A DNA stretch of 64,000 nt from Malacoraja senta (lineage: Eukaryota). The notes beneath the pieces are model-generated. The model had not been told where the DNA came from. It ran no database searches and was given only the letters and a program-made list of their open reading frames with translations. A program made the position numbers and the translations under genes. Where the stretch lies: assembly GCA_038087875.1 (NCBI GenBank), contig CM075989.1, positions 13,022,001 to 13,086,000 on the forward strand. Reading direction: 5' to 3'. Shown in pieces: positions 48,909-60,818 of the stretch (its first letter is position 1; each line of letters opens with the position of its first letter).

Positions 48909-51049
48909 GTATGTCTATGAAAGTATTTATGCTAGGGTATTGATTGATTATTGATTGTTTTGCTATTTGCTGAGCAAGTGTACTTTTTATGAGGAATAAG
49001 CCGAGAGACAATCTGGTGGCAAATTGAAATATTCTGCTTTTCTGCAGCTGTTATGTGCCATTAGTTCTCATTCTGTTTGATCAGATCAATATTATAGACG
49101 GGAACAGAAGCAAGGTGGTTAAATCACAGGACCGGTGATCCAGAGGGCTTAAGATTCCAGCCCTGAGCCAGCTCTTACTGTGGTTACTGGGAATTTAAAT
49201 TCATTGAAATAAATAATCCACACCTAAAATGTCTTTATTTGTGGCCACAATCAAACAAATTGACATTTTAAAATAATGTACATTTCACAAGTATTGTTTA
49301 GGGAAGGGAACCTGCCTCTCTGGCCTTGGGCCTGCCCTGACATGTTTCCCATGTGCACTCTGACCTGGCCTGGCAAGTGTTCTGCTGCACTAACCCATTA
49401 TGGCAAAAACAAAAGGAGAATTAAACAAGCAGAACTACCAGATAATGACCAAAGCACATTGAGTACTGCACTGTGGAAGAAATCTCCCTGTACAGCGCAG
49501 CAGTGGTTCAAGACAGTAGCTTGTCACTTTCTTGTACAATTTTGCAGATGAGTAATAAATGCTGACCTTGCCATCAGTATCAACTATAATGAGAACTGAA
49601 TAAAGTTGCATGACTAATTGATTTTTGCCTAAATTGGTATTAAAATTACATTGGATGTTTTTTCCATACAGTTAATTCCAGTGGGAATGTTGTTTGCCAT
49701 TTATACAGGCTCCACAAATGGATAAACGTACCAAGGAAAAATGATGACTTTGCTTTCAGTGTCTTTTTGGCTTTATAGTCCTCCACGTTTCAGAATCGCG
49801 AGCTATCCCGAAAAGATGTAATCCCCATATTAATTGTGTTGAACCTCACTCAGCAAGTCACAAACATACAAGTTAGATGCAGAAGTAGGCCCAGGCCCAA
49901 GAGCCTGCCCCACCATTTAATAAGGTCACAGCTGATCGTACTGTAACTTCACCTCTATGTTTCTGTCCATTTATGGTTCTCTTATTTTTAATCAAATGTT
50001 TATCTAGCGCTACATTAAAAATGTTCAAAGATAGATGGGTGATGTGTATGGGCAAATATCTGGAAGATGGTTTATAAGATGAGGAAATGTGATGTTGTCC
50101 ATGCTGCCCTTCCCTCATCCTTCGAAGGAGAATGTTCCAAAGATCACCCAGCTGAAGAAAAAAATATTGCTGCCTCTGTCTTAAATGGTTGATCCCCTTT
50201 TTAAATTGTGACCCGATTCTAGATTCTTTTACGAAAGGAAACATACATTCCACATCCATCCTGTTGATCCCTCAGGTCTTGTATGTTTCAATCAAGACCA
50301 CTCTTCCAAGCTGCAGCAGATACAAGCCTAGCCAGTTCAACCGTTACTCTTAAGATTAATTGCTGATTGTTGCTATCAATCTAGTAAACTTCTGAACTGC
50401 TTCCAATGCATTTGTACCCGTCGTTAAAAAAGGACGGCAATATATACACAGTACTCCACATACAATCTCACCAATGTCATGTATAAGTTTAGTATACCCC
50501 CTAATTTTTGTGTTCAATTGCCCTCAATAAAAAATAATATTGTTAACCTTCCTGATTAGCATCAATATGTACACTCAACTTTTGTGAATTATATTCAAGG
50601 ACATCCAACTCTCTCTGACTCTTTCAGTCTCGCACCATGCACATATTCCGCTTTCCTTCCTGCCAATATGGACAAATACACATTTTGCTGTTAAACACCT
50701 ATCTGTGTCCTTTTCCATCTCCTTGTGACCACTTCACAACTTACCTTCTTGCCTGCCTTTGGCAAAAGCTGATCTCACCCTGTTAGTTTCTGCACGTATC
50801 TCAGCTACACACAGACAGGAGCTTAAGAAGAAGCAGCATTTGTTTGTGGGAACCATTGAGTCGACCTCCTCTTTTTCTCTTGGTGTTTCAATCATGCTCA
50901 GGTACCACAGATACTCTGCATAAAGAAACCTCTCATCTCAGTCCAAAATAGTCTTACCCTGACCCCAATCTTTAGTGCTCCCCAGCTTGATGATGCAGAA
51001 ACCTCTCCTGAATATCGATAAGAAGGAGCTAGATATTGCCTTGAGGATG

Positions 51050-51800
51050 TGAGGTATAGTATCAGCATCAATGGTGCCGTTGTAGAAATGGTCGAAAGCT
51101 TCAAGTTCCTAGTTGTAAATTTCACCAACAATTTGTCCTGGACCAACCACATTAAAGCTATGACCCAAAAAACGCAGCATCGCCTCTTCTTCCTCAGGAG
51201 ACAAAAGAAATTTGTCATGTCTCCAACAATTTGTACCAACTTCTACTCATGCACTGTGGAAAGCATATTATTGGGTTGCATCATAGCTTGGCTTGGGAAC
51301 AGCTCAGCCCAAAACTACAAGAAATTGCAGAGAGTTGTGATGTAGCCCAGTCCATCACTTAGACCAGCCTCTCCACCATGGACTCCATACACACTTGTAT
51401 TGCTTTGGGGAAAGTAGCCAACGTAATGGAGAGCCATTTTCACCCTGGTTATTCCCTCTGTTCCCTTCTCCCGTCAGGCAGAAGTTTATTAAGTTTGATG
51501 GCACATACCACCAGATTCGGCAACAGCTTCTTCCTTGCAGTTATCAGACTACTGATTGATCTGCTCATGAACTAGGGTTTAGCCCCAATCTTCCAAACTC
51601 ATTGTGGACGTTGGATTTTTTTTCTCCGTAACTAACGCTACAATTCTGCATCATTAAATCTGCACTCTGGTGTTTTTCTCTTTGCACGACCTGTTGTACT
51701 TCTGTACGGCTTGATTGTACTCGTATTATTTGATTTAACGTGATATCATGCAATCAAAGCTTGTCACTGTATCATGGTAAACGTAACAATAATAAACCTG
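51050..51800 (+). mobile_element. Decayed Rex-Babar 3' fragment
   Basis: INGAVVEMVESFKFL...RLFFLR...FYSCTVESIL; LLPSGR; RFGNSFF.AVIRLL. Confidence 0.75.
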
Positions 51801-52828
51801 TACCAATACAAGTAGATCCCTCTCAGAATCTTGTGCAACTCGGAGGTCAGTTCTTAACCTTCTTAACTCCCCTGACCATTGGCCAAGCTTGTCAGTCTTT
51901 CAGAACACAGCCTCTGTATTACAGAAAATAATCCAGGGATTCTCCACGACTCTGATTACAATACATGTACATCTTTCCTTGGGTGCAGAGATGAAAACCA
52001 CCAGGTGCTCACCAAAACCCTATACATTCTTAGAAGTCTTCTAACTTTTGAACTCCACTCCCATGTGGCAGAGATTGTTCATCATTTATCTCTCCCTGTT
52101 GCTGGACCTGAATGTTCAAAGCACCCAGCACTCTAAACCCATGTTTACAGTTTCTCAGCTTTTAAAAAGGATTCTGCTTTCCTGCCCTGCCTACCAAGCT
52201 TTGCATTGCCTGCATTATGTTTAATTTGTCACCTTCCGCATTTCTACATAGACCCAATGCTCTTCTGGCAAATATGTAAATTGGAAGATTGCAAGTATAA
52301 TGAAAGTGTCAGGGGACTTTATATAGTCAGCTCAAAGGCGCACCAATCTCAGCCATCAGAGAGGTTAAAGTGAAGAATAAGAGAATTGCAAAGATGTTAT
52401 GTGACTGAGTAATGATGTGGTGTAAACCTGCAAATACTATAAAAGATTAGAAATAAAGTATGATGTTTGATATTAGCAATTGGAATAAAGGGAAGCAGAC
52501 TCACTGCAGAGAAAATCTAACAGTTCTTTAAACCTAGGACAGACGGCAAGAGGGTCATAGCTGGGGTAATTTTGGGGTAGAGAGTATGTGTCACGGGGGA
52601 GCATGGAGGGGAAGGCAAGTGTGTCTGACCGTATGCAGGTGATTGTGAATGACTTGCTGTGATGCTGAGCCTTGCTGTAGCTGAGTGTCAGTGTTCCAGT
52701 CTGTTTCTCCGAAAATCCTAGGAGGAATATAGCTTCTCGGTGGAAATCGATGCATGTTGTATGAAATGGAGCTGAGAATAGCGATGAACTTGGTCACTTT
52801 TTAAAACTCTTTGTTTTATCTGTTCTAG

Positions 52829-52916
52829 ACAGAATCAGGTGGTACTATTGGACACCCTGGAGCAACAGATTGCTAAATTCCGTGAGTGTCATTTGGTGCT
52901 GGATATTAATGCACTA
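52829..52916 (+). CDS. BLOC1S6: BLOC1S6 exon 3: QNQVVLLDTLEQQIAKFRECHLVLDINAL
   Basis: ttctag| and |gtaagt; near-identical to recalled pallidin sequence. Confidence 0.95.
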
Positions 52917-52944
52917 GTAAGTACAATTTTAATGCTGCTAAATT

Positions 52945-53176
52945 ATAGCTGCTAAATTTGTATAAGATAATTATAAGCAGTTGAATAAGGGGTGGGAATT
53001 AATAAGCTTTGGCTTCTTCCTGCTCCTTTTCAGACACATACGATTTAATTTATTTATAAATATTGTTTATGACACTTTATAAATATTCTTGTTTTGTTTT
53101 TTGTATGCTGTTTCACACTTGCTTTTTATTCTTTTATTCCGCTCGAAATAAATAAATAAATAGATAAATAAATAAA
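52945..53176 (+). mobile_element. Short LINE 3' end with (AAAT)n tail (Crack/L2-like, tentative)
   Basis: AT-rich body, ggggtgggaattaataagc...cttcttcctgctcctttt, ending in gaaataaataaataaa. Confidence 0.4.
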
Positions 53177-53926
53177 TGCAGGCTGATTAAGGGATAAAAA
53201 AGGCAGCACAAGGTTTGAACTGGCTTCAGAATCGCATTCTCTCAGCAAAGGAAAGGCCTTTCATCTCCAAGTGCTGCTGCCAGCTCACTGGTGGGATGAG
53301 GGCTGATTTTTAGGAGGCAGGGTACTGATTTACATGATCGTGGGGAGGGGCAACTTTGATTTTAGTAACAGTGCTGTGATTGTTGCTGAAATCCAGTGAG
53401 CTGATTGGCATATAATCAGATCAAGGAAATGTGACTCTTGTAACATTTGATAATTAAGGACTGGATGCCATCTGAACAGAAACTACAAAAAGGCACTGAT
53501 TTGTCATGATGGGAATGTGGTGAAAGTCCATGAGACTGGTTCCAGGGAAAGCAAGTTTGTCATGTGAGGAAAAGTTGAATAGACTTGGTTTATGTTCTGA
53601 GTTTGAGGAATCTGAGATGATTTCTTTGAAATTTAAACTTCTTTCAGGACTCTATAGGCTAGATGCAAGGGGGGCTATTTCTACAGCAGAAGAGTTCAGG
53701 ATTGGGGTCACAGCTCGGAGTGGCAGAGAGGCAACATTGGACTGAGATAGGAGAAAGTTTTCCACTTGGGAGGTGATGAATCTTTGCAATTCAATACAAC
53801 AGAGGATGTCATTGAGTTTATTCAAAAAGGATAACAATGAATTCCCTTAATATCCAGAAATCTGTGGAGAGAGTGTAGGTAAGTGATATTGAAGTAAAGA
53901 ATAGCCGTGGTATTGATGAATGACAG

Positions 53927-54052
53927 GAAGATTGCAACCTTCACATGGTCCGCCCTGTTTCGACTAATGCAATCAACTCGACGTGCACAAACGGAAGATC
54001 AAATAGAACAAGTTGTCCAACAACTTTAGGCTGTGCACGCCACACGAAAGAA
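53927..54052 (+). mobile_element. 126-bp structured insertion with 12-bp TSD
   Basis: gatgaatgacag at 53915-53926 and 54053-54064. Confidence 0.7.
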
Positions 54053-54545
54053 GATGAATGACAGAGTAGAGAACTTTTTTTAATCTTACTGCTAGTTGTT
54101 ACTTTTGTATTCCTGGTAATGGATAAGGCCGAGCCTGTCTGCACTATCTCATTAGCCAGCTGCAAAATAGGTTACCACCTATATATTTTAATGGTTTTAC
54201 CTTGCATCAGTAGATAGCAGGTCAGTTATTGATAGATATTGAAATGTGGTGAACAGGTGAGATATCTGTTCACAGAAAGATACAGCATGGAAACAGGTTC
54301 TTCAACCCACCGAGTCCATGCCAACCATTGATCACCTGTTCACTGTATGTTATCCCACTAATCATCTACCTACTCTCCAGACATTTATCAGAGTTCCACT
54401 TGGTTGTGGGTGGGCTCCTTTAACTTGTACACATTCTTAACTCAGCCTATGGCTAACAATGTTAGAGGGATATGTTTCTCAGTGATTATGTCATCTGTTC
54501 ACTACTTCGGTACACCTAACAATAAATTAAACTATTTTCCTGCAG

Positions 54546-54632
54546 TTCACAGAGGCCAAATGTTACCACGATAAACTGGTGAACATTCGCAGGGAAATGG
54601 TCACGTTGCATGAAAAGACATCAAGACTAAAG
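54546..54632 (+). CDS. BLOC1S6: BLOC1S6 exon 4: FTEAKCYHDKLVNIRREMVTLHEKTSRLK
   Basis: ctgcag| and AAG|gtatgg. Confidence 0.95.
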
Positions 54633-54686
54633 GTATGGACCACATGACTCTCACTGGGGTATCTGAGCCATCTCTGACAAATCTGT

Positions 54687-54782
54687 GGTAGACAAAAGTG
54701 CTGGAGAAACTCAGCGGGTGCAGCAGCATCTATGGAGCGAAGGAAATAGGCAACGTTTCGGGCCGAAACCCTTCTTCAGACC
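54687..54782 (-). mobile_element. Solo pLTR mini-element (96 bp) with hammerhead core and 15-bp TSD
   Basis: ctctgacaaatctgt at 54672-54686 and 54783-54797. Confidence 0.85.
54752..54779 (-). ncRNA. Putative minimal type-I hammerhead ribozyme core
   Basis: Minus strand CUGAAGA-A-GGGU-UUCG-GCCC-GAAAC-GUU. Confidence 0.6.
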
Positions 54783-56446
54783 CTCTGACAAATCTGTACC
54801 CTATATGCGTCATTCTGAATCCTAAGCCATTTGCATAACTTTGCATCATCTATAGCTTATTGTCCAAAATTATTGCCAGCAATGATTCCCATTCCTGGGC
54901 TGGAATGGGCTGATGCTTTGAGAGCTTCCACTCCAGCTGATTGTTTTTCAACCCAGATGCTGGGCTGAGTATGGAATCTCCACTGGTACTATTGCCACAT
55001 TCCATTACTTGTCCCCAGTCCCATTTCAGTTGGTTGTCATCGTGATGCTTGCAGCAACCGAACACAGTTCGTATTCCTCAGTGCTTTGCTTGCTTGCGGC
55101 AGGAACAATGGGAGCAGAAACATCGAAAACACAACTGCTAAGGCAGAGAAACAGAGCTAATGGTTTAGATTGATGGTCTTCGTTGCACTTCTGTGACCTG
55201 TAGTCACGTCTGAACCATTAATTCTGTTTTTCTTGCTGCCTCACTTGCTGAATGGTTCCAGCAGCTGGAACCATAATACTTTCGAGATCTGCAGGATTTA
55301 ACTTTTCATAGATTGAAATTTTCAGCTCAGGAGGACACTGTTCGGCATGTTGTATGACAAAGTCTGTTCTGAGAGTCCTCCACATAGGCCTTGGGTCAAT
55401 TACTTAGATTTTTTTAGCTCACTGTTGTACACATTCTGCTGGCACTGAGCATCCCAGCAACTCTGAAGGGAGATTTTCTATTGATAGTGTCAGGGTGAAC
55501 TTGGCGCCAGGTCTTGATGGAGAACACTTGTAATGATGAGCGATTGTCCAGTTTTAGACCTGGAGGTTGTGGAGGAAGCTAATCTCTCAGGCAGCACCTG
55601 TCCTTGGCATTCACTGAGTGCTTTGCTGATCCATGGTAACTCCATGCACTGAGTCCTGGTGAATGATTTGAGACATTTTAAACCTTGTGTCGCGGCACCA
55701 GACGAGTGAATAAACAGTTGCTTTATTCAGGTGTTACATGTAAGTTTGGTCCACTAACATAATTGTCATTGCTGCTGTAGCTGAGCGAGGGTGTTGTCTC
55801 GAGCTCAGCTACCTGATGACTGGGGTGATCTCAAGGTGAGATATGCTTATGTAGCAGGACACTCCCCTTAGCCCCTGACATCACATGACAGCCTTCGTAA
55901 CTACTGACGAGGGTTCGACCATAAGTCGTCTGTGTATCAGCTGACACCACACTTGTTTTATTTCCATTGACAGTACAGTTTGTTGCTCACTTTTTTACTC
56001 TCTTGCATGTTGTGGTTGTTGCTGGCAATACTGGCTTTTATTGCCATCCCTACCTGCCTTCAAGAGGTGGTGGTGAGCCACTGCAGCCCGTGCGGTGCTC
56101 AGTGTTGGGAAAGTTTTAAATTATGAGAAGCTAAAAGCAGTGGAGGAGCAGAAAGGTTTGGGAGGTTAAAAACTGGTGGCCAGATGCAAGATCAAATGAA
56201 AAGATCACTGGTTGCTACAATGTTTCTATTCCAAATTCTTGGAAGTAAGTTAACTGACTGAGCACAGTTGGTGAGTTCCAGTTCTTAGTTGGTTCGAATC
56301 TTTCTTCTGCTCCACAAGGTATATTCTGAAATATTATGAACTTTGGCCATTATGTCATTTATCATTGATCAATTTGCTCCATTTTATTAACTTTTGCAAC
56401 TTCTCGGTTCTTATTGGATTTATGAATGGCTTCATTTTGCGTCTGT

Positions 56447-56470
56447 CTCTCTCTCTCTCTCTCTCTCTCT
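56447..56470. repeat. (CT)n microsatellite
   Basis: Direct read. Confidence 0.9.
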
Positions 56471-56629
56471 GTTGCCCAAGCAGAGTGTCTCTGCAGCCTT
56501 TAAATTGTGTTTTGGAGCTTTCTGCTGTGTTTGATTCTGCCTTTTCATGTCGGCTCCATGTCCCCGTCCATGGGGAATCGTCTTGATGGATCAGGTTCAG
56601 CTTTTGCGTGGTTTCTCCTTTGTTTGCAG

Positions 56630-56749
56630 AAACGAGCTTTAAAACTTCAGCAGCAGAGACGGAAGGATGAGCTGGAACATGAGCAGCGGCGGGAGAAGGA
56701 ACTTGAGCGTGAGCGGCAGCTGGTTGCCAAGCCTGCCAAGCTCGTCTAG
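56630..56749 (+). CDS. BLOC1S6: BLOC1S6 exon 5: KRALKLQQQRRKDELEHEQRREKELERERQLVAKPAKLV*
   Basis: ttgcag| acceptor; pallidin C-terminus; total CDS 495 nt. Confidence 0.95.
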   Translation, partial: KRALKLQQQRRKDELEHEQRREKELERERQLVAKPAKLV

Positions 56750-57736
56750 GCAGCCAGTGTCACAGCTGCAAGATTGAACACGGACAATGGAATCTCTGCC
56801 GTTGGAAGACATCACAATCCGTGATGGTTCGGAGCAGAGTGCTATGAATACTAACCTTTGGTTTACCCACTGTGATTAACTCAATACAAACTATTGGAAA
56901 TTGAAACGCACTTTTTTAAGAATGTGGGTCTATAGGAGATTTTCACCGGAGCTGCCAGTTGTGGCATGCTACAATGTTTTAACCAGGGCTCAAAATCCAG
57001 GTTCCACTGTAGGAGTGAGGTCTTGTACTGGTATTGCATGGCTAGCATTGCCCTGAAACAGAACATTGCTCAGGGATTCTTCCAGGTTCATTTGTTGTGA
57101 GGACTGGAATCCTGTGAACACTCCCCTGACTGAGCTCTCTGCAGTAGACCATTGCTTGTCACGGTCAAAATAGGACGTATAGTCGAGGAAAGCCAGAATA
57201 AATTTGTTATATTATGTTTGTTCTCAGTTGTAAGATGACAAACAAGGCTGCTGCATCACCGTCATCATCTTCCAGGATATTGATTGGGCCCTGCAGAATC
57301 CCAAGCTGGATGAAAATATTTAAAGCAGTAATTAAACTTTGCGAGTAAGTGGCTGGGTTTTGTTTGGAGATTTTGCCCCATCATGAAGCACAGTTCCAAA
57401 TTTAAATAATGTGCTTGGCGATTAGTTATAACGCAGGTTTGTGAGCTCAGGTATTAGATGCTTGTCGATATGAGGAAGGTGACCCTTCAGTGTCAGGGAG
57501 AACGGATGCAGCGGTTTCACTTTGGACTTTGTGTTGCCAACTAAAAGATTCACACTGCTTTATGCTCCCTGCTCATTGGCACGTCTGTCTCCTAACTAAT
57601 AAATTGTAATGTTCTCAGCTTGTTTCATGTTTAGGTTTTGGTTACAATTGTTGGCAGCTTTAACCAACTGAACCAGTTGGATAATCCAATGCAATTGATT
57701 GGATTTTAGTACAACAGGGAAGTTACTTCAACTGTT

Positions 57737-57742
57737 AATAAA
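57737..57742 (+). terminator. Candidate polyadenylation signal of BLOC1S6 (alternative at 57598)
   Basis: AATAAA about 1 kb after the stop, at the end of a repeat-poor UTR-like segment. Confidence 0.55.
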
Positions 57743-59364
57743 ATGTTTTAAAGAAGTTGTAAATATTTAATTCTACTGCAGGCTCCTCTCCCTCTGCCAC
57801 TTCTCCTAAGCAGCTGTGGTGTGGTCAGGTTTATTGTCCAATGGAGAAGTCTAGTGAGTACAGGTACAATGAAAATCCTGCTTGCAGCAGCATCACAGGT
57901 ACATAGACTCGGACAAAACACAAAAACATAAATTATACATCAATATTTCTAGTGTTTTCTGATTTTATTGATGGGACCGTCACAGGCTCATCGGATCTGA
58001 TGATTTTGGATTTATTTAGAAATGGCTGTTCTGTTTATCCCATTCCACTGCCTATCTGCAGTTAATCCGCACAACACTGGCATCCTCGCTGGCAGCTCAG
58101 GCCATGCTACTAGTCATTCCCGGGCTGAACTGCCCCTACCTCCCCAGCCCCTCCTGGGGAAACAAGAAGTGTTCAGCCATCCCACCCGCTCCCGTCCCCT
58201 ACCTTTCTCTCTGTTTGAACTCTCCTCGGCCAGACTGCACAGAGACTGCCGAATCCCAGGACATCCCCCTGCAGAGTCTCCCATCCCACTGCAATGTTGA
58301 TGGGGACAAGGACATGGCCAGGGATACAGCAGGGTTTGACTGGGTGAGGTCAGGGCCAAGAGGTCTCCTTCATTGCACCTGCTGAAAATATTGACCATCT
58401 TCATTTGAGAAAGCATTTAAAACTTTGGCACAGCAGGAGTCCATGCAGCCCATTGCCTCCATGTCAGCCAAGCAATTAATAATTACAGAATCCCTGTCCC
58501 CACCCCCAATCCTCAACCTTCAGCCCCGCATCCTTCAAATCTTCACCCAACCAAATGAGCTTATTTCTCCTTGAGGCAGCGAAAGAAGAAAGCCAGAAAA
58601 TTCCCAGCCCAATTTTATATCTTAACCATTTCCTTCAATTCACCTCTAACCCTTCCTGAACTGTGGCTTCCCCTCTACCCTTATGGACAGACTACTTGAC
58701 CAAATCTCATCTACCTCCCACCCCTTCTCTCACCACTCTCCTCTGGTCCAGAGATCCCTATTCCTCACCTTCCACAGCCCCTTCCCCCAACCTCTGCATT
58801 CATTGGATCATCCTTTGCAATTTCTGTCCTCTACAAAAAAGCACCAAACTTGTTCTTTCTACTCTCATGTCAGTATTTTGAAGGGATCGTTCCTTTCACA
58901 ATTCCCTGGTCTGCTCTTCTGTCCCTGCCTATCACTCCCTGAATTATGGCACCTTCCCATGGACTTGCCCTTTCACTTCTTCCTTTCCCATCATCCAAGA
59001 ACCCAAAGAGTTTTTACAGATGAAACTGCAATTCTCTTGCACTTCCGATCTAGAATACCGTATTCAGTGTTCACTACATTGAAGAGATCAAATGCAAGTT
59101 GGGTGATCACTTTGTGTGGAGCACATTCACCCAGTACCCCCAGACAACCACAAGCTTCCCATTGCCTGAAAAAGACTTCATAACAAATTTTTGCTCCTAA
59201 TTTCTATTCTGCTCTTTCTGGAGAGTTCACCGAGTTTAGGCCTGAGATAAACTTATACACCTAAAAAAAAATCTTAACTCAGTCTTTCCCATTCCAAAGG
59301 AAATAACTTTATAGTCTGTCTGCATAATTATAATTCTCCAGCCTGACTCTTCTATCAATTTAAG

Positions 59365-59545
59365 TATTGGAGCAACTCAGCAGGGCAAGCAGCATCTCTG
59401 GAGAGAAGGAATGGGTGACATTTCGGATCGAAACCCTTCTTCAGTCTGAAGAAGTCTCCAGAGATGCTGCCTGTCACGCCGAGTTACTCCAGCATTTTTG
59501 TCCATCTTCAATTTAAAGCAGCATCTGCAGTTCCTTCCTACACAT
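59365..59545. repeat. Palindromic pLTR mini-element
   Basis: Centre cttcttcagtctgaagaag; arms gcagcatctctggaga / tctccagagatgctgc. Confidence 0.8.
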
Positions 59546-59815
59546 TTCTTCTATCAACTCATTTAATCCCATCCACACTTTGTGATGACACATAATACCT
59601 GCTGAATGGAGCTGTGCACTATATTGTAGTTGTGGAATAACTAATGCAGCAGTTTGAGCATTATCTCCTCTCTTACATTCTGTCCTTGTCAATAAAAATC
59701 AGCTTTTATTTCTAAAGCAAATATCCTTTTTGTCGTTTTCATCTTTAAAAAAAAATGCTAGAAAAACTCAGCAAGTCAGGAAGCATCAGTGGGAAAACCC
59801 CCCACTAATGATTCA

Positions 59816-60016
59816 TGTTTAAGAAAGAACTGCAGATGCTGGTAAATCAAAGGTAGACTCAAATTGCTGGAGTAACTCAGCGGGTGAGGCAGCGTCTTTG
59901 GAGAGAAGGAATTGGTGACGTTTCGGGTCGAAACCCTTCTTCAGACCCTAAACGTCGCCAATTCCTTCTATCCATAGATGCTGCTTCAGCCGCTGAGTTA
60001 ATCCAGCATTTTGTGT
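59816..60016. mobile_element. Palindromic pLTR mini-element with 14-bp TSD, nested in an older copy
   Basis: ccactaatgattca at 59802-59815 and 60017-60030. Confidence 0.85.
59917..59944 (-). ncRNA. Putative minimal type-I hammerhead ribozyme core
   Basis: Minus strand GGU-CUGAAGA-A-GGGU-UUCG-ACCC-GAAAC-GUC-ACC. Confidence 0.65.
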
Positions 60017-60625
60017 CCACTAATGATTCAGGTGTGAAACCCTTCAGAACTGGGGAAGAGAGATCACGATGTTTTCAGTTCCAGAGTGAGGGAGGAGCAG
60101 ATAGGATAAAATAAATATTATCAAAAGGGTGAGGCCAGGATTGCCATGGAGATACACCATAGATGGAGTTAACCAAATGACAGGTTGATGAATGCAGTTG
60201 GTGAGAGGAGAAACAATGAACTAAGGAATGTGAGAGCTGTCAACAGCTGTGTATCCCGGCCGGTGTTCCAGCTGGGTGACTCACCAATCCCTGCAGTAAT
60301 TAGTCCCTTTGTTCACAGGCTTACTCCAGCATTCGCAGGAAATCTTTTCAGATTCAATAAAACTGATAATCTGCGGTCTGATTGTTCGGAAATAAGACCT
60401 GAGATAAGACTCTATGGGGAGTATTTTATATGAAAAAAATTATTTGACACAACCACTCAGTCAATGCCACATCTCTCCAGGTTATTTGTCAACAAACCTC
60501 TAATTATTATGTAGATCTCTCGTCATTGTGCATTGCGAAAGCAGTTCATTGTTTTAAGAAACTGCAGCCTGTGGCCCTCTCTTGTCTTGGAAAATGTATG
60601 GAGCCAGCATGACAGTTACATTCAT

Positions 60626-60818
60626 GGTCACGGTGGCACAGCGGTAGAGTTGCTGCCTTACAGCAAAATGCAGTGCCAGAGACCCGGGTTCGATCCCGAC
60701 TGCGTGCTGTCTGTACGGAGTTTGCACGTTCTCCCCGTGATCTGCGTGGATTTTCTCCAAGATCTTTGGTTTCCTCCCACACTCCAAAGACGTACAGGTT
60801 TGTAAGTTAATTGGCTTG
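60626..60818 (+). mobile_element. tRNA-derived V-SINE (HE1-like)
   Basis: A box tggcacagcgg 60634-60644, B box ggttcgatccc 60687-60697, V-domain ggagtttgcacgttctccccgtg...cctcccacactccaaagac. Confidence 0.8.

Noticed and set aside
60626..60700. tRNA gene
   Set aside because: A and B boxes are present but there is no proper cloverleaf, and it continues into a V-SINE body
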